Of a DNA stretch of 41,116 nucleotides, positions 34,268 to 41,116 are shown in pieces (the stretch's first letter is position 1; each line of letters opens with the position of its first letter). The stretch is from Sandaracinaceae bacterium (lineage in GTDB: Bacteria > Myxococcota_A > Polyangia > Polyangiales > Sandaracinaceae): contig JBGAQA010000043.1 in assembly GCA_044220955.1 (NCBI GenBank), positions 6,342-47,457 of the forward strand, given 5' to 3'. The notes under the pieces are model-generated. The model searched no databases, was not told where the DNA came from, and saw only the letters and a list, made by a program, of their open reading frames with translations. A program made the position numbers and the translations under genes.

Positions 34268-34297
34268 TTGCCCCGGGCCGGTCTGCCTTCCTATACT
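34268..34297 (+). promoter_or_regulatory. Sigma-70-like promoter
   Basis: TTGCCC-N18-TATACT ending 11 nt before ATG 34309. Confidence 0.55.
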
Positions 34298-34308
34298 ACG
34301 GACGTCCG

Positions 34309-35175
34309 ATGCGGTTGTCCGTCCTCGCGGTGCTCGTCTTCCTCGGTCTCGGCGGCTGCGCCGTGGAGATCGGCAGTGCGGCGGACGGTCCGACCGAGGC
34401 CGGCGCCTCGGCGCTGGAGGGCAGCGTCGGGGTGCTCGAGATCGAGCGCCGCGTCGACGACGACGGGACGCTGCTGACCGCGGCCTTCGCCCGCTACCAC
34501 GGCCTGGGCGAGCAGGACGTGATCACGCTGGTCTCGTCGGGCGCTCGCGCCGAGGTCGACGCCTGCGCGATGGTCGACGGCGACCTTCCCCTGCCGCTCG
34601 ACGCGGACGTCGAGCTGGTGGACGTGGGCGCGCTGGACCTGCGCCTCGAGAACGGCGAGGCGGCGTCCGAGAGCACCCAGCTGGTCGCGCGCACGTTCCC
34701 CGACGTCGCGAGCGTCATGGCCGGTGTGTTCTACGCGGGCGAGGCCCGGCTGCCGTTCCCGCAGGCCGAGCGCGCCTCGTACGTCGTGCGCGCCTCCGGC
34801 GGCCGCGACGTCGGCAGCTTCCGCGTGGGCGTGGCGGCCCCCGCCGAGGTGGCCGTGCGCGTGTACGGCGACGACGAGGGCCACGTGGCGCGTGACCGCG
34901 TGCTCGACTTCGCCTGGGTCCCGGGCAGCGTCGCCGGCGGCGCGCCGGACGTGATCGAGCTCGAGCTCGCCTCGCGCGGCGGCACGCTCGTGTGCACCGC
35001 CGCCGACGACGGCGCGTTCCGGATCGAGCCCGCGACGCTCTCGCAGCTCGCGGTCGATCGCGACGCCGAGCTCGTCGTGCGCCGCGTTCGGGTGCGCGCG
35101 TTCGAGGCCGACGGCCTCGACTCCGCGTTCGCGCGCGTGGCCGTGACGCGCAGCGCCCGCGTTCTCATCCACTGA
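34309..35175 (+). CDS. Hypothetical lipoprotein
   Basis: MRLSVLAVLVFLGLGG-C lipobox; VDVGAL and VCTAADDGAFRI; genome-typical codon usage. Confidence 0.8.
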   Translation: MRLSVLAVLVFLGLGGCAVEIGSAADGPTEAGASALEGSVGVLEIERRVDDDGTLLTAAFARYHGLGEQDVITLVSSGARAEVDACAMVDGDLPLPLDADVELVDVGALDLRLENGEAASESTQLVARTFPDVASVMAGVFYAGEARLPFPQAERASYVVRASGGRDVGSFRVGVAAPAEVAVRVYGDDEGHVARDRVLDFAWVPGSVAGGAPDVIELELASRGGTLVCTAADDGAFRIEPATLSQLAVDRDAELVVRRVRVRAFEADGLDSAFARVAVTRSARVLIH

Positions 35176-35217
35176 AGCTCGAGAGGCCCGGCGGGAGCCC
35201 CTCGCCGCGACGGCCCC

Positions 35218-35706
35218 TCACCCGGCGCGCACGCCCGAGAGCCGCTCCTCGAGCGGCCGCGTGAACGTCCCCTCGATCGGGAAGCGCACGAGCATCAGGA
35301 CGGCGGCGGCGGCGAAGAAGGGCAGGACGCTCACGACCGCGAAGCCCAGCACGCCGAGGATGAGACCGAAGATCGCGACCGCCTCGTTGAGCGCGATGCC
35401 CACGATGAAGGGCGTCATGCCGAGCTGGATCGCACGCCTCGAGAGCATCTCGCGAGACTCGCGGAGCGCGCCGAGGTCGTGCTCCGTCAGCGCGCGCAGC
35501 GCCTGCGCGTAGAGGAAGCGCGGCAGGAAGATCGACGCCGCGCCCACCACCATGGCCACGGCCGAGAGGGCGGTGAGCATGATCGGCTGCGGCGGCTCGC
35601 CCGAGGGCTCGATCACGTGCCCGACGACGACGTACACGTAGAGCCCCTGCGACGCGAGGAACGCGCCCCAGAGGATCCGCAGGGTCGCCAGGCTCGGACC
35701 CTGCAT
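35218..35706 (-). CDS. Hypothetical membrane protein (about 4 TM)
   Basis: ATG at 35706 overlaps the cysS stop (TGATG); [17 protein letters not shown]...; FIVGIALNEAVAIFGLIL. Confidence 0.75.
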   Translation of the reverse strand: MQGPSLATLRILWGAFLASQGLYVYVVVGHVIEPSGEPPQPIMLTALSAVAMVVGAASIFLPRFLYAQALRALTEHDLGALRESREMLSRRAIQLGMTPFIVGIALNEAVAIFGLILGVLGFAVVSVLPFFAAAAVLMLVRFPIEGTFTRPLEERLSGVRAG

Positions 35707-37193
35707 CAGAGCATTCGCCAGCGGGTGCCCTGGGGGCCGTCCATGATCTCGACGCCGAGCGCGACGAGCTCGTCCCGCAGTCGGTCGGCGGCGGCGAAGT
35801 CCTTCGCGTCGCGCGCGGCGCTGCGCGCGGCGATCTTCGCGTCCACGTCGGCCTCGGTCAGCCCCTTGGCCTTCGTGCGTCGCGCCCGCAGCCGGAGGAG
35901 AAACGCGCTCGGGTCCTCGTTGCCCACGCCGAGCTCGCGCCCGAGCGCGTCGAGCGCGCGGCGCGCGGCGTCGACGGCGGCGCGCGCGACGGTGCCCTTC
36001 TTCCTTCGCGAGAGGTCGACGAGCTCGTTGACCGCCTTGAGCATCTCGGCCGTCTGAGCGAGCGCGACGGGCATGTTCAGGTCGTCGTCGAGCGCCGCCG
36101 CGACGGCGCCCGGGTACTTCGTCAGCGCCTCGGCCACCTCGCCAGCCTCGGTCACCCGCGCAGCGTCGACGGACGCCAGGCGCTCGCGCGTCGTGTAGAC
36201 GTACTCGACGCGCCGCTCGGCCTCGTCGAAGAGGGGGAAGCTCGTCTTGCCATCCGTCGTCTCCGGGGCGAATCCGAGGGGCGAGCGGTAGTGGACGGTC
36301 AACATCGCGTAGCGCACGGCCTCCGGCTCGTAGAGCTGGAACATCTCGCGCGCCGTGAAGAAGTTGCCGAGGCTCTTGCTCATCTTGGTCTTGTCGACCT
36401 CGACGAAGCCGTTGTGCATCCAGAGCCTCGCCAGCGGCTTGCCGCTCGCCGCCTCGCTCTGCGCGATCTCGTTCTCGTGGTGCGGGAACACCAGATCGAG
36501 CCCGCCGCCGTGGAGATCGAGGGTCTCGCCGAGGTGCGCCTTGCCCATCGCGGAGCACTCGATGTGCCATCCCGGCCGCCCGTGGCCCCAAGGGGACTCC
36601 CATCCCCACTCCTCGGCGTCGCCGCCCTTCCAGAGGGCGAAGTCGGCCGGGTCTTCCTTCTTGCTGGTGTCGGCCGTGTCGGTGCGACCGCTGGCGTCCA
36701 CGATCAGCTCGTCGAGCTTGCGGTGGGAGAGCTTCCCGTAGCCGGGGAACGAGCGAACGCGGAAGTAGACGTCACCGCCCGACACGTACGCCGCGCCCTT
36801 GTCGATGAGCGTGCCGATGATCTCGAAGATCTGAGGCAGGTGCTCGGTGACCTTCGGCTCCACGTCGGGCGAGGCGTTGCCCAGGCGCGCCATGTCCTGC
36901 CAGTACGCCTCGGTGAAGCGCTGCGAGAGCGCACCGGGAGGCTCGCCGTTCTCGGTCGCGCGCTTGAGGATCTTGTCGTCGATGTCGGTGATGTTCCGGG
37001 CGTACGTCACCTTCAGCCCGCTCTCGCGGAGGTGACGCACGAGAACGTCGTACACGACGTAGCAGCGCGCGTGGCCGATGTGGGCGAAGTCGTAGACGGT
37101 CGGGCCGCAGACGTAGACGCGGGCGTGGCCCGGCTCGGCCGTCTCGAAGGGACGCTTCTGCTGCGTGAGCGTGTCGTAGAGGTGAAGGGGCAT
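35706..37193 (-). CDS. cysS: Cysteine--tRNA ligase
   Basis: [64 protein letters not shown]. Confidence 0.98.
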   Translation of the reverse strand: MPLHLYDTLTQQKRPFETAEPGHARVYVCGPTVYDFAHIGHARCYVVYDVLVRHLRESGLKVTYARNITDIDDKILKRATENGEPPGALSQRFTEAYWQDMARLGNASPDVEPKVTEHLPQIFEIIGTLIDKGAAYVSGGDVYFRVRSFPGYGKLSHRKLDELIVDASGRTDTADTSKKEDPADFALWKGGDAEEWGWESPWGHGRPGWHIECSAMGKAHLGETLDLHGGGLDLVFPHHENEIAQSEAASGKPLARLWMHNGFVEVDKTKMSKSLGNFFTAREMFQLYEPEAVRYAMLTVHYRSPLGFAPETTDGKTSFPLFDEAERRVEYVYTTRERLASVDAARVTEAGEVAEALTKYPGAVAAALDDDLNMPVALAQTAEMLKAVNELVDLSRRKKGTVARAAVDAARRALDALGRELGVGNEDPSAFLLRLRARRTKAKGLTEADVDAKIAARSAARDAKDFAAADRLRDELVALGVEIMDGPQGTRWRML

Positions 37194-37311
37194 GCGCGTT
37201 CCGAGGGGGTGTACGCGGGCCCCGCGCTGGCGACAAGACCGGCACCAACGATTCCACGCGTCCGCACCGCCGGACTTTGCAGGCGAGAGGCGTCGGACTA
37301 TCGTTCTCGCG

Positions 37312-38958
37312 ATGGTGGATCTGCCCGATCCGATCGCCGAAGGGGACCTCGAGCGGACGGCGTTCGCTCACGTGCTCGCACACGTGGCGTCGCGGCAGAT
37401 CACCGGCTCGATCGTGGTCTGGCCGGAGGGCGAGGGGCGGACCGGGCAGGATCGCATCCGGACCGAGCAGGGCATGATCACCGCCGCCCGCCTGGTGGAG
37501 CGCGCTCCCGTCCTCGAGCGCGGCCTCGCGCCCCTCTTCGTCCGCAAGGCCGGGCCCTACGCCGTCTACGAGACGATCGATCTGGTCGGCGACACCGGGA
37601 TCGTGCAGCGCGCCGACCCCTACGCGCTCATCGCGAGCGCACTGCGCGGCGACGGGCGCGACGACGCCGTCGAGCGCGTGCTCGCGCAGGTCGCCGGTCG
37701 CACGCTTCGCCTGCGGGCCGCGGGCGAGCTGAAGCGCTTCGGCCTGCTGCCGAAGGAAGAGCGCTTCGTGGAGCTGCTCCGCGCGGGCCCCGGCACGGTC
37801 GAGGCGCTCGGTCGCGCGTGCGAGCTCGGGCCCGTCTTCGGCAAGCGCATCCTCTACATGCTCGTCGTCTCGAAGTACCTCGAGCCCTACGAGGCACCCC
37901 CCGCGCGGGCTTCGCTTCCCGCGGAGCCAGCGCGCGTGTCGCAGCTCCCGGTGCCGCCCTCCGTGCCGCCGGCCGCGGCGCCCACCCCCGCGCCGGTGTC
38001 GATGGCGCCGCCCGCGGAGCGCGCTTCGGTCGCCGCGGCGTCGCCCTCTTCGGCGCGCTCCAGCATGTCCGGCTCCCGCTCCGCCGCCTCGCGCCTGAAG
38101 GACGCCCCGGCGCTGCCGCCCGATCCGCCGGCGCAGGGCCTCTCGCCTGATCAGCTCGCGTTCTGGAGGGAGACGATCGAGCGCACCACGAGGATCGACA
38201 CGCAGAACTACTTCGACATGCTCGGCGTCCCACGCGACGCGGGGACCGACACGGTGCGCAAGGCGTACTTCGGCCTCGCCAAGCGCTGGCATCCGGACCG
38301 CGTCTCGGGCGCGCTCCTGCCCATCAAGCCCTTCGTCGAGCGCCTCTTCGGTCAGCTGACGCAGGCACAAGACACGTTGGCCGACGAGGCCAAGCGCGGT
38401 GCCTACCTCCGCACGGTGCAGGACGGAGGCGGCACGCCCGAGGCGGACCGGAAGCTCGGTGCCATCGTCGCGGCCGCGATGGAGCACCAGAAGGCCGAGG
38501 TTCTCATCCGCCGGCGCGACTTCCAGGGGGCGCGCACGATCCTCGAGGGCGCCATCGAGCTGAGCGCCGACGAGCCTGACGCGCTCGCGTCCCTGGCCTG
38601 GGTGCTCTTCAACCTGCCGAGCGAGAAGGCCTCCACGATGCTCGACCTCGTGGAGCGCGCCATCAAGCTCTCGCCCAAGCACGACCGCGCGCACTACACG
38701 CGAGGGATGATCCAGCGCCGGATGGGCAACGAGAACGAAGCGATGGCGTCGTTCCGCGAGGCCGCCGCGGCGAACCCGAAGAACCTGGACGCGGTCCGCG
38801 AGGTCCGCATCGCCGACATGCGAGCGCCCGCGGGCGGGGCCAAGCGCTCCGGCACGGCGCCGACGGCGCGCGGAGAGCCGGCGAAGTCGGGCGAGTCGGC
38901 GTCGCCCGCCGAGGGAGGCTTCCTCTCCAAGCTGTTCGGGTCGCCGAAGAAGAAATGA
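37312..38958 (+). CDS. J-domain (DnaJ) and TPR protein with DUF4388-like N-terminus
   Basis: ATG at 37312; EGDL...TG.I N-domain; Pro-rich linker; NYFDMLGV..KAYFGLAKRWHPD; C-terminal TPR helices; GGFLSKLFG tail. Confidence 0.88.
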   Translation: MVDLPDPIAEGDLERTAFAHVLAHVASRQITGSIVVWPEGEGRTGQDRIRTEQGMITAARLVERAPVLERGLAPLFVRKAGPYAVYETIDLVGDTGIVQRADPYALIASALRGDGRDDAVERVLAQVAGRTLRLRAAGELKRFGLLPKEERFVELLRAGPGTVEALGRACELGPVFGKRILYMLVVSKYLEPYEAPPARASLPAEPARVSQLPVPPSVPPAAAPTPAPVSMAPPAERASVAAASPSSARSSMSGSRSAASRLKDAPALPPDPPAQGLSPDQLAFWRETIERTTRIDTQNYFDMLGVPRDAGTDTVRKAYFGLAKRWHPDRVSGALLPIKPFVERLFGQLTQAQDTLADEAKRGAYLRTVQDGGGTPEADRKLGAIVAAAMEHQKAEVLIRRRDFQGARTILEGAIELSADEPDALASLAWVLFNLPSEKASTMLDLVERAIKLSPKHDRAHYTRGMIQRRMGNENEAMASFREAAAANPKNLDAVREVRIADMRAPAGGAKRSGTAPTARGEPAKSGESASPAEGGFLSKLFGSPKKK

Positions 38959-38971
38959 CGCTCCGCGGCGT

Positions 38972-39002
38972 ATCGACAGGATACCTTTGACCTGTCGATT
39001 TT
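38972..39002 (+). terminator. Hairpin after the J-domain gene (possible intrinsic terminator or operator)
   Basis: Perfect 9-bp inverted repeat ATCGACAGG-N10-CCTGTCGAT followed by TTT. Confidence 0.5.
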
Positions 39003-39016
39003 CGGTCGAGTAGCAT
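38987..39016 (+). promoter_or_regulatory. Sigma-70-like promoter for psd
   Basis: TTGACC-N18-TAGCAT upstream of ATG 39051. Confidence 0.55.
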
Positions 39017-39050
39017 CGTGGCGCGACGCCCCCTGGGTGGCCGCGCACGC

Positions 39051-39923
39051 ATGATCGCCACCCGATTCGCCGCCGAGACGCTGCGCTTGCTTCCCAGGAA
39101 GCGACTCAGCCGTGCGATCGGGCGCGTCGCGAGGGCCGACGCACGCGGCGCGCTGCTCTCGCGCGCGATCGATCTCTACGTTCGCGCGTACGACGTCGAT
39201 CTCTCCGAGTGCGAGGTGCCGAGCGGTGGTTTCCGCACGTTCAACGAGTTCTTCACGCGTCCTCTGCGAGAGGGCGCCCGACCGCTCGACGCGGACCCGG
39301 CCGCCATCCTCTCGCCGGCCGACGGCAAGGTCGAGGACGCAGGCGCGATCGACGCGCGGGGCTCGTTCTTCATCAAGGGCCGCCCCTACGCGCTCCACGA
39401 GCTGCTCGGCTGCCGCGGTGAGGCAGCCCGCCTCGCGGGCGGACAGTTCGTGGTCGTGTACCTGTCGCCGCGCGACTACCACCGCGTCCACGCGCCCGTC
39501 ACCGGCGAGGTCGTGCGCGCCCGCCACGTCGGCGGGACGCTGTTTCCTGTGAATCGCATCGGCGTCGAGCACGTACCGAAGCTCTTCGCGAAGAACGAGC
39601 GCGTCGTCGTCGTTCAGGACCACCCCGCGATGGGCGAGGTCGTCACGATCCTCGTCGGCGCCCTGGTCGTCGGCGGCATCGGCCTCGCGTTCGACAGCTC
39701 TCTCGTGACGCGCGAGGGCGCGGCCGGAGGCGAGACGACGTACCGCGCCCCTCGCCCGTCGATCCCGCGCGGCGCCGAGCTGGGGTGGTTCGAGCTCGGC
39801 TCGACGGCCATCGTCGTGATCCCCGCCTCGGCGCGCGCCGAGCTCGCGGTCACCCCCGGGCAGCCCACCCGCGTGGGCCGGGCGATCGCACACGCGCGGC
39901 TCGGCGCGGTGGCGGACGCATGA
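39051..39923 (+). CDS. psd: Phosphatidylserine decarboxylase proenzyme
   Basis: FNEFFTR, SPADG, YLSPRDYHRVHAP, NERV, VGALVVG, FELGST self-cleavage motif. Confidence 0.95.
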   Translation: MIATRFAAETLRLLPRKRLSRAIGRVARADARGALLSRAIDLYVRAYDVDLSECEVPSGGFRTFNEFFTRPLREGARPLDADPAAILSPADGKVEDAGAIDARGSFFIKGRPYALHELLGCRGEAARLAGGQFVVVYLSPRDYHRVHAPVTGEVVRARHVGGTLFPVNRIGVEHVPKLFAKNERVVVVQDHPAMGEVVTILVGALVVGGIGLAFDSSLVTREGAAGGETTYRAPRPSIPRGAELGWFELGSTAIVVIPASARAELAVTPGQPTRVGRAIAHARLGAVADA

Positions 39924-41116
39924 GCGACGACGAGAAGGAAGGCGGGCGGCCGCGCCGCGCGACCGTGAAGCTGCGGCGTCGCTCGCTGCGCGTGCCGGTC
40001 GACGAGGTGCCGCGCCGCAGCTCGCCCTCGCTCCCGCGCGTGTCGTCTCCGGGGATGCCCGCCGCCGCGGCAGCCCCGCTGCCCCCGCTCGAGCCGCAGC
40101 GAACCGATCCCGGCGTGAGCGTCGCGGAGCTGTCCGAGACCGACATCGAGGTCGAGGAGAGCCGCGAGATGGACGTCGTCGTCGCGACGGCGGCGGGCGA
40201 GCCCGTCCCCGAGGAAATCCTCGCGGACGTCGCCGTGGCCGGCGCGCCCGGTCCCCTCACGACGCTGGAGGAGCCTCCCGCCACTGCCGCTGCGCTTTCG
40301 GAGCTCGGCCTCGACGCGACGGCGGTCGCCCGCGCGGCGGCCGACGACGACGGCGAGGTGTCGGTCGACCTCGCCCCCGAAGCGACCGTGGTCACCGAGG
40401 CGCTCGATCGAGCTTCCCCTGCGCCGGCGCCTCCGGCCGCCGTTCCGGAGATCCTCGGCGCCGAGGTCGAGGTGCGCCTGGCGCGGGTCAGCGAACGGCC
40501 TCCCGCCACGCGGCTCAGCGACCGGCCGCCGCCGCCGCCGAAGATCGAGCCTGCGCCCCCGCCCGTGACGCCGACCGTCCCGGAGCGGCCGTCTGCTCCG
40601 ACCAGCAGTCCGGGCGCCGTGGTCGTGGTCTCTCGCGTCGCCGTCGTCGGCACGGCGGCGCCCGCGGAGCCGCTCCGCGTCTCGACCGAGATCGCCAGGG
40701 CCGTGGTGGAAGCCGAGGCTCCGAAGCAGGAGCCTCCGAAGGACGACGGCTTCGAGCTCGAGGTCGAAGAGGGTAGGACGAGCGCGCCGCCCGAGCTGGT
40801 GGAGCCCGACGAGCTCGTCGCCGACGAGATCGTCGTGGAGGAGCCCAAGGCGAGGCCGCAGCGACCGTCGCGCCCGCCTCCGCCACGCAGCATCCCCGCC
40901 ATGGCCGCGGTCTCGGGCGAGCGCCCGCCGGCGGTGCCCTCGGGACCGCCCCCAGCGCCGCCCGCGGCCCCCGCCGCCGCCGCGCCGGCGCCCCCGCCAG
41001 GTCCGCTCGCCCCACCACCTCCGGCACCTCCTCCAGCGGCGGCACCACCTGCACCACCCCTGGCCGCCGTGGCACCGCCTCCGGCGCCGCCGCACCGCGA
41101 CGCACCGCCTCCGGCG
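39920..41116 (+). CDS. Long Pro/Ala/Glu-rich protein, 5' part only (runs off the window)
   Basis: ATGA overlap with the psd stop; MSDDEKEGGRPRRATVKLRRRSLRVP...; frame appears open to the window end. Any folded domain lies beyond the window. Confidence 0.75.
   Translation, partial: MSDDEKEGGRPRRATVKLRRRSLRVPVDEVPRRSSPSLPRVSSPGMPAAAAAPLPPLEPQRTDPGVSVAELSETDIEVEESREMDVVVATAAGEPVPEEILADVAVAGAPGPLTTLEEPPATAAALSELGLDATAVARAAADDDGEVSVDLAPEATVVTEALDRASPAPAPPAAVPEILGAEVEVRLARVSERPPATRLSDRPPPPPKIEPAPPPVTPTVPERPSAPTSSPGAVVVVSRVAVVGTAAPAEPLRVSTEIARAVVEAEAPKQEPPKDDGFELEVEEGRTSAPPELVEPDELVADEIVVEEPKARPQRPSRPPPPRSIPAMAAVSGERPPAVPSGPPPAPPAAPAAAAPAPPPGPLAPPPPAPPPAAAPPAPPLAAVAPPPAPPHRDAPPPA

Noticed and set aside
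35218..35706. ATP synthase subunit c (atpE)
   Set aside because: Only one helix resembles it; no GxGxG helix, polar loop or atp operon context.

Overview
Very GC-rich bacterial chromosome segment with myxobacterial (Polyangiales/Sandaracinaceae-like) hallmarks: a Ser/Thr kinase-TPR/PEGA-lipoprotein module, a MYXO-CTERM protein, Cys-rich lipoproteins and a DUF4388/J-domain/TPR protein. It holds about 38 protein-coding genes, including hisC, cysN (without cysD), a MacAB-TolC-type exporter, a DTW-domain tRNA enzyme, rtcB, cysS and psd, plus tRNA-Leu(UAA) at 25372-25456 (-). Most interesting features: (i) a ~2.65 kb integrase-less mini-island in the tRNA-Leu 3' end, bounded by a perfect 27-bp direct repeat, carrying two coupled Cys-motif immunity-like genes, a PIN toxin with a 57-aa antitoxin and possible remnants of an integrase split by its own att site; (ii) a 67-bp cloverleaf palindromic element inserted in frame in an acyltransferase gene; (iii) a GACCCCG tandem array next to an IHF-like site; (iv) a stand-alone M4/M36-type propeptide lipoprotein with no catalytic domain; (v) a secreted C2-like protein. 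All calls come from motifs read by eye; no database search or folding program was run.
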